Shown here one piece after another: positions 1 through 13,900 of a stretch of 64,000 nucleotides of DNA. The stretch is from Ylistrum balloti (Eukaryota). Where the stretch lies: contig NW_026782609.1 in NCBI RefSeq assembly GCF_031769215.1, positions 186,001 through 250,000 of the forward strand. Direction: 5' to 3'. The translations under genes were made by a program, and so were the position numbers. The notes beneath the pieces are model-generated. The model ran no database searches and had not been told where the DNA came from. It saw only the letters and a program-made list of their open reading frames with translations. How positions within the stretch are numbered: the first letter of the stretch is position 1; each line of letters begins with the position of its first letter.

Positions 1-1400
1 CTTGTGCTTTCAGTATTATAGACATGACAATGTCATACACCACAAATTGTTAGCCTTGTGCTTTCAGTATTATAGACATGACAATGTCATACACCACATG
101 AATTGTTAGCCTTGTGCTTCACAGTATTATAGACATGACAATGTCATAGACCAAATGAATGGTTAGGCTTGTGCTTTTAGTATTATAGACATGACAATGT
201 CGTACACCACATGAATTGTTAGCCTTGTGCTTTTAGTATTATAGACATGACAATGTCATACACCACATGAATTGTTAGCCTTGTGCTTCACAGTATTATA
301 GACATGACAATGTCATACACCACATGAATTGTTAGCCTTGTGCTTCACAGTATTATAGACATGACAATGTCGTACACCACATGAATTGTTAGCCTTGTGC
401 TTCACAGTATTATAGACATGACAATGTCATACACCAAATGAATGGTTAGACTAGTTCTTACAGTATTTAGACATGACAATGTAATACACCACATGAATTG
501 TTAGCCTTGTGCTTTCAGTATTATAGACATGACAATGTCATACACCACAAATTGTTAGCCTTGTGCTTCACAGTATTATAGACATGACAATGTAATACAC
601 CACATGAATTGTTAGCCTTGTGCTTTCAGTATTATAGACATGACAATGTCATACACCACATGAATTGTTAGCCTTGTGCTTTCAGTATTATAGACATGAC
701 AATGTCATACACCACAAATTGTTAGCCTTGTGCTTTCAGTATTATAGACATGACAATGTCATACACCACATGAATTGTTAGCCTTGTGCTTCACAGTATT
801 ATAGACATGACAATGTCATACACCACATGAATTGTTAGCCTTGTGCTTCACAGTATTATAGACATGACAATGTCATACACCAAATGAATGGTTAGACTAG
901 TTCTTACAGTATTTAGACATGACAATGTCATACACCACATGAATTGTTAGCCTTGTGCTTCACAGTATTATAGACATGACAATGTCATACACCAAATGAA
1001 TGGTTAGACTAGTTCTTACAGTATTTAGACATGACAATGTCATACACCACATGAATTGTTAGCCTTGTGCTTTCAGTATTATAGACATGACAATGTCATA
1101 CACCACAAATTGTTAGCCTTGTGCTTTCAGTATTATAGACATGACAATGTCATACACCACATGAATTGTTAGGCTTGTGCTTCACAGTATTATAGACATG
1201 ACAATGTCATACACCACATGAATTGTTAGCCTTGTGCTTCACAGTATTATAGACATGACAATGTCATACACCAAATGAATGGTTAGACTAGTTCTTACAG
1301 TATTTAGACATGACAATGTCATACACCACATGAATTGTTAGCCTTGTGCTTCACAGTATTATAGACATGACAATGTCATACACCACAAATTGTTAGGATA
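1..1400. repeat. Tandem repeat, ~54-59-bp unit, in PRKAR1A intron 1
   Basis: Unit cttgtgcttcacagtattatagacatgacaatgtcatacaccacatgaattgttagc; decayed copies continue to about 1990. Confidence 0.95.
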
Positions 1401-2532
1401 TTGTTTTACAGTATTATAGGCCTAATAACATTTTCATATACCAAGGTGATTGTTAAGCTACTGTTTTCAGTAGTACAGGCCTGATAAAATCGTCCTACAC
1501 AGAGGTGATTTTTTAGGCTGTTGTTTTAGAGTATTATAGGCCTTATGATAACTTCATACACCAGGTGAATTAATAGGTTACTGTTTTACAGTTTCAAAGG
1601 TCTAACAACAATATCACACATCATGTGAATCCACAGGCTATTGTTTGTCAACATTATAGGCATATTAAAAATTTTGCACATCATGTACAATGTTTGACAG
1701 TATGATAGGCCTAATGACCATGGCATACCCTAGTTGAATTACTAGGTTTCTGTTTGACAGTTTCAAAGGTCTAAAAATAATGTCACATATGTCAAAATCA
1801 CAGGCAACTGTAGTGTATGACAGTATTATAGGCCTACTGACAATGTCATACACCATGTGAATTGCTAGACTACTGTTTTACAGTATTACAGGCAAAATGA
1901 AATTGTCACATACCATGTGAAACCACAGACTACTATTTGATAGTATTATAGGCCTTATGACAACATCACACATCATGTGATCCTAAAGGCTACTATTTGG
2001 TATGGTATGGAAAATAGGCAAAGTGAAAAAGAGTCGTACAAAAGCTGTCATAAACACTCGTATCAAAAAGCCATTAATATTTTGGTGATAACCAAAAAGA
2101 TAGTTCACCTTATTTCCAATTAAGATTTGGAAATTACTACAGATCTATGTTCACATGTTTATATATACCAGGTACTTTCATAACTTTGAGTCCATGCATT
2201 GTTTTGTTGTTATCAGTAATTAATGCATTCATATCTTTCTTCAAATTCTATGCTTTCAGATTGTACATTTATGTGTTACAACATTGTTTACATTTGTTTC
2301 TTTTAGTGCTGGTCATCTTATTTCATTATCTTTTATTTATGTATATATATCATTATGTTGCGTTTTTATTTCATTACTGGGACAGTTCCTGCATCTATAA
2401 AATGTTTATCCATGACAGTAATGTTTGCAATCGCGTCAGAGATTCTCCACACACCTTGCCAAAAATAATCCAAAAACAAACATTGAAACGACAACGAAAA
2501 TGACAGATGAAAGTGATATCGTAAACACTTAC

Positions 2533-2697
2533 CTTTTCCATTCGTTCGAAATGTTCCTTTAAAAAGGTGGCAGGGTTATCAGGGCGGTTCATACATAGTT
2601 GAACTATACATTCTTTCAATAATTGTTGAACGTTGTGCCTCTGAACATAATTCTCACACTCCTTGAGACTTTGCTCTTCATCAGAGTTAGCAGCCAT
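2533..2697 (-). CDS. PRKAR1A: cAMP-dependent protein kinase type I regulatory subunit, first coding exon (gene continues off the left edge)
   Basis: [55 protein letters not shown] matches the RI dimerisation/docking domain. The ORF is cut by a phase-0 donor AAG|gtaagt at 2532. Confidence 0.92.
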
Positions 2698-3692
2698 GCT
2701 TCACGATTTCTCGTCGGAGCAACAAGTACCTTCTTTGATACGAGAGTTGTGATTGGCGAATGTCAATTTAGCTCGATTTGACTGACTAATGAAAAATCGT
2801 TTTACAGCATCTAGTTTTCGCTGAACGAGATTGATATATTTTTCGCAATATGTTACCAATCAAAGAAGCGGAACGTCGATTATTGGTTATCGAGCAGGGG
2901 AATTTACTTTCACATACATGTATTTGAGTTTCTGGTTTTATGACAAGTCAAGAATAGACGCCTACCTACATGTAAATATGAATTGTTACTTTGTTAACAG
3001 CTTTTACAATCGATAACAAAGTAAAAGTATAGCTTACATAAGATGTGAAATAAAGCAAATGAAACGTAAAAGTTAGGACAACCGTGAAGATAAAAACTAT
3101 GCATGTTTATTTGGTCCAGTTTGTATGTACTTCGACCGCGAGCATCTCCATTTGAGACTTGGTCAAGTGACATACTTTTTTCTGTTTTCAAAGCAATGCA
3201 GTGTGTGAAATATATGTGACCGTGTGTAAGAACGAACAGTCCTGTCTACAGTGTACAGCACGATGAGTACCACTGATGTATTTATAGCAGCAGACCTACG
3301 TAAGCAGGAGCACAGTGGTAAATAGTAGGCATTCCATACTCATGCTTTTTGTTGCAGTGCACGTGTACGCGTGGTTTCCTTGTTCCATATTAGATTAGAT
3401 TCACATGATGACAAACAAGTAGCCTGCGAGACAAGGAAAGTGTTTTAACTATTTTAAACATTGACAGAGAAAAGTTAGACGAACCTTTCTTACGTTTTGC
3501 GGCGAGTAAACAATCTTTGTATATTTTAACAGTGCTAATAATTCAGAAGAAAAAAATGTTACATGTTCTTTTTGTTCTTAACAACCTTGCGGCTTCAACT
3601 CAACATTCCTTGTAAATCCAAAAATACTTTCCCATTTAGGCTAGCCGGGTCTGTATACCCAACCCCACCCACCCCCACACCCTCTTAACTAG

Positions 3693-3746
<54 letters not shown>
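3693..3746. repeat. (CAT)18 microsatellite
   Basis: Perfect trinucleotide run in the PRKAR1A-LENG8 intergenic region. Confidence 0.97.
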
Positions 3747-3748
<2 letters not shown>

Positions 3749-4228
3749 GAGACCTGTCCTGACCGGCTGAGTATGTTTATATGGGTCTCCCTTATTCTAC
3801 ACGAGTCTATATGCCCTATTAAAACATCAGTCTGTTGGACGGGACTGAAAATGGTGGCCCGTGACAAGAACGTCCATTTTATTCGTGAATTTAAAGGTAT
3901 ATCTTCGGTTTCAAGTTCGGGCCACATAACTCGCTTTTATGCCGACGTGTATCCTGAGTTTTAGCGTACTTCTAGATTATTATACATTAGTTCAAATTGA
4001 CAACTCCACTGCTTCATTGTCATATCTACATCTTTGAAATTCAGAACTAAAAAGAAATTTAGGCATTTCGGTAGTTGATTGGGCAAGTTTGCGATGACCA
4101 TATATGTACATTGATATTTGTAAATACATTGAGTTTGTAGCCCTCAAACTATCGCATGGAAACACAATTTTCTTGAAAATCAAAGCCACTAAATGTATTT
4201 GTGGATAATTCGGTTTCTAACACTAGCC

Positions 4229-4239
4229 AAGATGGCGGC
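4229..4239 (+). promoter_or_regulatory. YY1 consensus site upstream of LENG8
   Basis: AAGATGGCGGC is a perfect YY1 core; a second near-match AAGATGGCCG lies at 5131-5140. Confidence 0.5.
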
Positions 4240-4421
4240 CAAAATGTTGTTAATGTGCTGGTATGGTGAGCACTTGTTGCCTGTCCATGTTGAGGATCTT
4301 CTAAGTTCTGGGTGATATATTTGTTTGGTGTTTCGTTTAACTGATATGGTCCTTTTCCCAGCTTTTTATACACATTAAATAATTTTGAACACATCACCTG
4401 TCTGACCACGTGGATTTTCCA

Positions 4422-4443
4422 GGTACTCCGGTTTCCTCCCACA
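4422..4443 (+). mobile_element. SINE core fragment (V-domain-like)
   Basis: GGTACTCCGGTTTCCTCCCACA resembles the conserved V-SINE core motif; no complete element is visible. Confidence 0.45.
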
Positions 4444-4979
4444 ATAAGACCCGTCGCGCGCTTTCTTCAACTGTTTCGGGGATTTTATTGCAGAACTTAT
4501 TACAAAAACTCCACATTATTGTGCTCTCAAACTTGTGTGGTGCTCAAATTATGTAGTTTTAAGTTAATCACTGCAATGTTTTACCACGGACTTAAATATA
4601 GACAAGTCCGTGGTTTTACAAGTTTGTTCTACAAAGAAAAACCCTAACCAGAGACGATACGATAAATACGTCTCTGCCCTAACTAAAACACAGCGTGGTG
4701 TTATATCGCAGTATACCTTTGAATAAAGTAATATAATATTGCAATGCGAAAACAGTTTGAAAAACCAAACCTTGATTTACGTTATGTACTGATCAATACT
4801 TTACTTCAAATATATTGACTGTCTAATATATTTAAATTTAACAGTGTAAATCTAATGCGTTCCGCTTTTTCGTCTAATCGTAAAAATGGAGTAACTTAGT
4901 ATTCATCAACTTGTTCATGACGTCACATTAGATTCATTAGAAGGAAGGTACACAAGCACGCAACAAAACGGGCAGAGTC

Positions 4980-7900
4980 ATGGCTGCTGCGGCTTTTACA
5001 GCACAACAAGCCATTCAAGCAGGGGCTTGGTAAATAACGATCTTAGTTTTATTTAAATACTCAGTATATTAAGTATGGTTTTAAAGAAAAGACGAGTGAG
5101 TCTACTGAAGAGTTGTCGTGTTTATGAACCAAGATGGCCGACTCCCCTTTTACCATTTCGTTATGTAGGAAAGAGACGACTTAATTAAATAACTAATGGT
5201 AGTTTCCTCCCGCTAAATATCATGAAAAGAGAATACCGTTAGGTGCAAAATTAGTCTGAAGGCCAATCCACGATTTTATTTTTGTCTTGATCATGGTCAA
5301 CAGCCTTCCCAATTAAAAAAAAATACCGAGTTTCTAGAGACCTGCGCATGGATGGCAATGTCATATATATATTACAGTAGAGCAATAGTTAAATATAGGT
5401 CAATCGAATGATAAAAAAAAACATTTTTACGGACTTGCATATGTATCAAAGCAATTCAATTATGTAAACTTAGTATTTCCAGTCATGTTTCCCAACAAAT
5501 TTACTTTCTAGCATAATCTCTCTACAGCTGTCATTAAGAACCTACCAAAAAGTAAATTTACGAGATAGGCAGAAATGTTTACAAGAACAAGTCCAGTGAG
5601 ATTTCATAAAATGGTGGCCACTGTAAATATGCTGTCAAAATCCCAGATAACTGGACCCCTTCAGACTAGTGTAAAATCATACAATGAATGGTAGAGCTAG
5701 ACTCGAAGCCAGTGGTCAGTGTTTCTAGCTCAGAAGTAAGCTCCTCCATTTCTGTTTTTGTATATAGTAACAGACAATATATATACCTAGTCTATGAATT
5801 TGTTGCTGTGCATTCTGAATGATGGGCTATCTTATGATTGTTTTGTAGGGGAAGCCAACCTCCCTCTGAGAATGGAACAGGAAATAGTACAGTCTTCCAG
5901 AATCCTGAATGGGAAAAGGCAAGAAAGGCTTTAGAAAAAGTTCAAGGAGAAAGCGGATCAAGCACATCTCCAAATAAGTCTAAAAGTTCTACTGAACAAT
6001 CGAATGATATTAGTCAGAATACACCTGCACAGATGTATTACCAGCAATACAATATGTACTACCAACAACCACAGTAAGAACTTATTTCAAAATTGTTTGC
6101 ATGGATCTTTTCATATAGGTGAATGCACATTAACAATGTTTTCCTGAGGAATTTTTTTTACAGTATGTGAAGTTTTCTTCAGAATTAGGTTAAAATCAAA
6201 TTGATACCATTACTGTAAGATATCAGCTAGTTTTATAAGATCAATTGAAGAGTTATACTTTGAGGTAAAAAAGTAAAGCATTTGTGAATTGCGAGGTGTG
6301 TTTTGTGTTCGCTTGAACATAAAGATACAGACTTGGGGTACAAATAAAAGATAACATATTAACTCTTGTTTTGAAAGTTGTGTGTTGGTGATATTCTTCA
6401 ACTTCATTTTGCATTTTTTTCTTTTTCGTTGTCTTTTTACAGGTATTATCCTGGGACAAACTATCCTGTTTATGGCCAACAAGAACCAGGTCCAAGAATG
6501 GTATGTCTGTCTAAATGCTGGGGGTCTTATCGTAATACTTGTATCCATCTTGTTCAAAGAAAATGTCACCTCTGTAACAAATTCATTTCCTGAGGGATTT
6601 TTATTGATCTTTTGGTAAAGGTCAACTATAAAATATCTCGACAATGTTGATGGGTTCCATTGTGAATTTTTACTAAAGGTTGCTGCTACTGTTCATATAA
6701 AATCAACAAATCATTAGTGTCAATCTTTCCAAAGGGATTTTTTTTCCCCATATTTGACACAAGGGTTTTACAATATCATTAGGTTATTGATTCCCTTGGG
6801 TGTTTAGGTCACACTTTCTCTGGAAATTTGTCAATGATAGAAAAGTACAGGTGGAACTTAAATATGACCATATATCACTAGCATGTACATGTACATAATG
6901 AGTAGTTTAATTTCAGTGGCCCTAAAACAACATTAAAGAGGGACACTCAAACATTATGGTCTGATTTTATTTTTGTTATATATACATTGAACAAAACAAA
7001 AAGCAGATATCAAAACATTGTTAGACAGACACATGTTCAGCAAAGGAAAAGTTACCAAGAAAAGGGAATTGAACAAATAAGTTCAGTAGCCCATGTCTAT
7101 TTTAACTGGAGGCTTTGTCAAATCTTCTTTACATTGCATAAGAAACTGCTCATCAGTTGATTTTCTGTGCGGTGTTATTGTAATCCCTCAAATGTTGCTT
7201 AAGGTGAATGATAACATGATCTCTCCACAGTAGAATTCCAGATTAAAAGTGATATCCACACACAGCGGCTATTATCTGTGCTAGCAGACGCTACACAGAA
7301 GTAAATGAGCATTCACACAGAATTCTACATGTGTGTGAACACTTCATACAGGACAAGCTTTCTGATGTTTATCAAAACAACAATCCTGGCAATATATTGT
7401 TAACTTTGCATCTGCAAATATATGTATTTACACGTCTTGAAGTTTGAATCATTTTGTGCTGAATCAGAAATGAATAATCTTGTAATAAAGGAAAATCAAG
7501 GGTATTCAAATGTTTTGATCTAGCAAGTGGAATATATTAAAATAGAGGCAAGAATTGAAATTTGTCAGCAGAAAATAAAACACATCAACAAAAATGATTT
7601 AATGAAGTTTGTATTTTTAGCATGGAAATTTCAACGGATATGGTGCTCCACCTCCTCCACCACCACCAGAGGACAATCAAAGTTCAATGCCAAATACCAT
7701 GGATATTGATGAAAGACCACTACGTAATAATAATCAAAGTCAAAACCAACATGTACAGCCACAATTCCGTCCTAGGCAAATTCCAAATCATGGGCCTCGC
7801 GGACCAAGATTTCAGAACAGGCCAAGACGTAAGTAAATGATGAGATAGTGTTTGATATAATGCAGGACTCAATCAACACCCATTGAAAGGACCAAGGCAA

Positions 7901-10900
7901 CTTGAATTAGCAACATGTAATGGGGGCTTCAGTCACTTGTTATGAAAGAAATCTGACATACTATATGTGATCATAGGGAGAGAATTGTGTACTGTGTATG
8001 GTCATAAAGAGGGAATAAAAATGTCCTAAAGAGGGCATTTAGTGTACCCTGTGTGCCTGAACAAGGAATAAAAGCTACTGTATATTGTCCTGAAAAGGGC
8101 ATTTAGTGTACTCTGTTGGCCTGAAGAAGGAATAATAGATATTGTATATTGTCCTAAAAAGGGCATTTAGTGTACCCTGTGTGCCTGAACAAGGATAAAA
8201 AGGTACTGTATATTGTCCTAAAGAGGGCATTTAGTGTACTGAGTGTGGGCCTTAAGAAGGATCAAAATGTATTATGTGTTGTCTTAGAAAGGAATGGGAA
8301 TAAGTGTACTGTAATTGGTCCTTAGGAGGGATTACTGTATTTCCCCAATTATAAGCCACACTTTTTTTCCTTTTGAGTCAGATGTGCGGCATATATACCA
8401 ATGCAGCTTCTTAAATGTAGACAAAAATAATTGGCAGGATTTTAAAAAATGGGGAAGCGTACAAGTACGCAAGTATGAGACCATATACTTTTATAACGTA
8501 AGAGGCAGCTAGTGGACTATTTTGTTATCTCATTATTGTGCTGACTGCGACTACATGGCACCTATCAGAAGTTCCTCAAAGTGTAAAACCTCTTAACACT
8601 ATTGGAGTAGTGTTCCAGGGGTGCATAGAGTGAAAGTAATCGTAATCCCAGGACTATCAAGTATGTCTCTTTATTATGCTTTGGCAGATGTAACAAATAC
8701 TTAATTTAGATTTTCATTTTTAACCAGATCCAGGTGGTGTGCAAGGCATAAGATTTCAGATCCCAAAAAGACAACAAGGAGGAAACAATTATCAACAACA
8801 AAACTTAAATGTCAGACATTTTCCTCCTCGTGGCCCTCGACCAGGCAAGCCACAGGATCAAAGATACAAGGCTGAAAACCAAGAAAATACATCTAATGAA
8901 CAACAAATGCAACAACCATCAAATAGTCCCTCAGAGTAAGTAGATGGAAAACAGGTTACTGCCCTGTTGTGATTTGTATTCAACTTGTGCTTTGTTCATA
9001 CCCATGGCTGATATAAAAACGTGATATTTTTTCAAGGTAGGGATTGTTGCACCTGGATGCATGATGGGACTGGATGTCATTATGTGGAAGACTTGACTTT
9101 ATGTGTCGTATTGTTGTATCTTTTCTATGCCACTATGCCATTCTATTCATGGACAGATTGGAAACCGACTTTCTTAGAACAGCCTCTTAAACTTCTTGAG
9201 AAGTTCATTGTAAGGACTTTCTCATGTGAAGAATTTGAATCCTTCATGGAACATCTTATCTGATACCATTTGCACAGCAATCATCCAGGCTTTCAATCCA
9301 CATCTGTAAACCACAATCTGTAAACCACATAACTGTATGGTATTAAACATCCGCCACGGTCAGTACCTTCAACAAAAACCCAAAGAGTGGTCATCGTTTT
9401 CAGTTATGACTGAGTGAAGCATTGCAGTGAAGCTCAAGGTTTTTATGTTCTGTATGTTGTAAATACCATAGGAGAAAAGATATAACAATGAGACACATAA
9501 ATCACGGCTTCCAGATAATAATGTCCCGTCCATAATCTCCATCATCCATGTCAATCACAAACTCCAGGTAAAGAAATTAGGAGCAACGTAAACAACCTTG
9601 AAAACACCTGGGAACTTTTGTGTGGTGTCAGCAGTAAGTCTACCAAGTAACTGACTAGAATCCAGCTTTAATTCTAGGAACTACATTATCAATCTAACAA
9701 TCCCCCAAAATATCATAAGATATAATGGTCTGCTGGACACCATTCTATTTGTTAAAAATACACAAAATCAGAGCACACTACCATCTAATACACGGAACGT
9801 TGAACAAGGTAGTTATGCAGCCATTTATGATGTCATTTGTTTATGTATTAGATAATTGTTATTAGTATTACCTATGTTTTTTTACATGTCACCAATCAAG
9901 ATACTGCTTTTTATACATTATACCTGAAAGTTAGAATTTGTTCTGATGAAGACGCATTTAAAATGCCAGAACTAGTCAAGACTCTCGATTTTAAAGCGGA
10001 TGACCCAGTATGCCATTGTTATGGTGGATTTTTACCTGAGAGTTGACTCACAGTGGGCTCACTGAAGTGATTATGCTGTAATTGATGATACCTTTATGAA
10101 GGTGATATACTGAAACATACTACAAAAATATTTCATGGCTGCATATATCTTCAATTTAGTTAAAACTACCCAATGTCCAGTTTTGAACATATCTGCAATT
10201 GTATTTCAATGAAATAAACTTTTCAATATTTATTGCAGACTACATACTTGTAGGCATCTCTTTAATATATAGTACTTGTAACATAATTTCTCTCTCTTTG
10301 AAGAAATGGAGTCAGTGACAGTGGGGATGCCAATATTGCAGCAGGTCCTAACCAGGAGTGGCCCCCAGCTCTCAGGTTAGTATCCATTTCTTGTTTCAGA
10401 TAAAGATTAACTTTCCTAAATTAGAAAAACAATGGTGATTCAGCCTCTCATTTCAATTAGGATTGTACTACAATATTCATTCTGGAAAGAAAATAAATAA
10501 ATACTTCAAAATACAGAAATAGAGGAAAGCCTTCCTGAACACATGAAAGTCATCTCCAATAAAGAAAAGCCTTCCTGAAAGTTTTAGTTTTAATAGTAGG
10601 AGTGTTCTGTATCAAGGAATGAAAGAACTTCCATACCTAAAGAACACGTGCTTTATTGTTTTTGCAGACAATATGTCCAAAGGGCATTTGCTAGTGCTAA
10701 AGATGAAAGCCAAAAGGATGCTATAGAAACGTTTCTGAAAGACAGTCTTACAAACTATTTCAAGTCAGGTGCTGTTTTCACTATTGATTGGACAAAGGAA
10801 CCTCTCCCTACAGAACGTTTACAACAGTAAGTATTGTCAAATTTCATGCATAGGCTTATTCACTTTTATATCGGTTTTTATACAGAGGGTATTTCATGTT

Positions 10901-13900
10901 TGGGAGACATGAATTATTTTTGGGGGGGTGGGGGGGAATTTGTATTGGGAGACAGTTTGGTAGATTCTCCAGTACACATATGTTATAATGTTCTCATCAT
11001 ACATGGTGTTACTCAAGTCAGCAAATGCATTTGAAATGGATAAGTACTGCAAAAATATAACTCCTCATGAAAGTTATCATAGTTGATAATACGATAATTT
11101 GTAGCTGTTTTTTAGTATGGTCACTTTGTTTCTTGGAGATTCTAAGGCTTTAAGTTATATCATAAATGTACCTACATGTACTAAACTATTCCATTTAAAA
11201 TGTTTTTCATGGTCTTGCTAGAGATATTAATTTCTTCCGTATTTAATATGAGCAAAAAAGTATGTTTTTATGTATAGGAGAGTACACTGTGTACAAATTG
11301 AGTATAGACTTCAGGTAAGAATGGAGTTTGTTATATGGTAAAAATATTCCTAACTTCATTAAATCATCCCCTTGAGCAAGTGTTTTCTGTATAACAGAAA
11401 TCTCTGTATACCTGCATATAAGTTTGAAAACTGAAAACATTGGTAAAAGGAAGTATATAGAGTCATTTTAATGACAAAGATTTTATATCTTCAGTATGCC
11501 ACAGCACACTCCAGGCAAACAACAGGGTCCAAGTAACAGTAACATCACAAAAAATAGCCCCTGGCAGCCCAATAGCAACCGTGGGCGCGGGCGTGGGCGA
11601 GGACGTGGACGTGGTGCTCAGTTGTCATCCGGCAAGACCCAACCAACAGGAAGGAGTGTTTACAACCGAGACAGAGTGCCCACATACAGGTCAAGATCCT
11701 ACTCTACTTCAAGCTCAAGCTCCTCTAGATCACGCTCAAGGTCACCTGTACACCGCAGAAGACGTTCAAGGTCACGATCGTCATCTCCTCGGAGGAGGCG
11801 CCAGAGACACTCCAGGTAACACTATAATTACAAAAATACAGGTACATTTATCACTTAAATATATATCTTATAATGATCTTCATTAACAAATCATTATTTT
11901 GTTGTGCCATATAAATCAGTATCTAAAAATGATTACCAGCCCAAGGAAACTGTCCTCAATTATTATATATATTACTCTGACAATGTAATATTTCTTAATT
12001 TTGTAAGCATTCGTAGAACAACTCAACCAATTATTTAGCAGTGGAGTATTGTATCTAAATTGGCTAAATTAAAAAAAAAATTAAATGCCTCCAGTGCACA
12101 AATACTCTTCATTACTGGAAATATCCTTAACCATTTTATTAGAATCCAAATCATAACTTGCATAGTGTGCTGAAGTGGAAGGTGCAGATCCTCTACAAAT
12201 CATATTCAATAGACATTTTTCACAACCATATCATCTTGAACTTTAATTCATGTGGAGTTAGTTCCCCCTCACTGGTAAAAAGAAAATTAAGAATTAGGAT
12301 CTCATACTCATCATCATGTACAGTTTAGACAAGAAATTCTAAGGTCTTACATTGATTTAAATCGACCAGTACTATTATCATGTACAGTTCAGACAAGAAA
12401 TTCTAAGGTCTTACATTGATTTAAATCGATCAGTACTATTATCATGTACAGTTCAGACAAGAAATTCTAAGGTCTTACATTGATTTAAATTGACCAGTAC
12501 TATTATCATGTACTTTGATTTAAATCAACCAGTACTATTATCATGTACATTGATTTAAATCGACCAGTACTATTATCATGTACAGTTCAGACAAGAAATT
12601 CTGAGGTCTTTCATTGCTTTAAATCGACCAGTACTATTATATACAGTTCAGACAAGAAATTTGTAGGTCTTTCATTGATTTAAATCGACCAGTACTATTA
12701 TCATGGACAGTTCAGACAAGAAATTCTAAGGTCTTTCATTGCTTTAAATCGACCAGTACTATTATATACAGTTCAGACAGCAACTCTAGTTACTCTGATG
12801 GTCCATACCACCTACCAAAAGACCACAGGAAAAACAGCTTCCGGAGTCAAGGACGAGGTGGCAGGAAATACAGTATTGATGTGCGTGGCAAGAACAAGGG
12901 ATCCAGCAGTAAAAAGCCCAGTAGTGAGGTGGCATTCAACAAAAAGAACAACAAAAAACGACCCAAAACGTAAGTATAGATAGTATCATAGGAGAATGGT
13001 TTAGAGGTGATTAGCTTTATAAGGGTTTTAATCAAATTTATACTTCGGCTTTTAAGCAATTAGCAGTAAATCTCTAAAATTTTCCAGTTTGAGGTGTTCT
13101 CTAATATACATGAGTTGTGTTGAGAAAGGGATGTTTACAATCAAGAAGCCTTGTTTGTTTTGTATATACTTCATTTTTTTAAACATGATTAAAAGAAGAA
13201 AAGACCTGCCTTACCATCCAAACAGATGTGCTGAATTTCTCCTACCTGCTGTCTTGGGCCTTTAATCTTGTAACAAATTTTAATTTTGTGATGGTTTTCT
13301 CATTTACAGCCAGTTTCCAGTGGATGATGATCCTGATAAGGAAGCAAAGCTACTCAAGAGAGCAGCTAGATTTGAACATCACTTAGGAAATGAGGCAAAA
13401 AAGCAAAAGCAAAACCGAACATTATCTATAAATACATACACAGTAAGTCATTTAAATAAGTTACAACTTCATAATTGTTCTAATCAGTCCTCCCAACACA
13501 ACAAGTATCATTTTATTTGGAAGTAGTCAGAAATTTGATCATTATATACAGCTTACATTTGCATAATTTTATTATTTTTGGTTTTATTAAACACATCTTC
13601 ATTTTCTATTTCAGAACTCGGATGAAGAGGATCTAGATCTCGCCAGTTTTGATGTGGTTGGAATTTGTCAAGACATAGAAAAACCATATCTTAGACTCAC
13701 AACTGTAAGTTAATAAATGCTGTGGTTTAAGCTTTTCCTTTAATCCACATTTTCTGACCCAGGACTCCCAATTTGCTAGAATACCTTCTATAGAATTCAT
13801 TGATAATTTGCTTAATGTAATAACCAGGAAATTGAAAAGGGATTTAAGTGATTTTGGAGTATCAGTGCCATTTACTTTTCAAGTTTGTATTCCACTATTT

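Noticed and set aside
1-1400. CRISPR-like regular repeats (also 27110-30230 and 49410-51730)
   Set aside because: Head-to-tail units with no unique spacers, no cas genes and a eukaryotic intronic context: ordinary minisatellites.
3685-3927. ORF ending in poly-Asp
   Set aside because: The Asp run is the (CAT)18 microsatellite read on the minus strand; no splice or homology support.
9021-9263. 80-aa ORF in LENG8 intron 5 and its antisense look-alike at 9369-9554
   Set aside because: The peptide similarity is explained by a DNA inverted repeat; the LENG8 frame closes without this segment.
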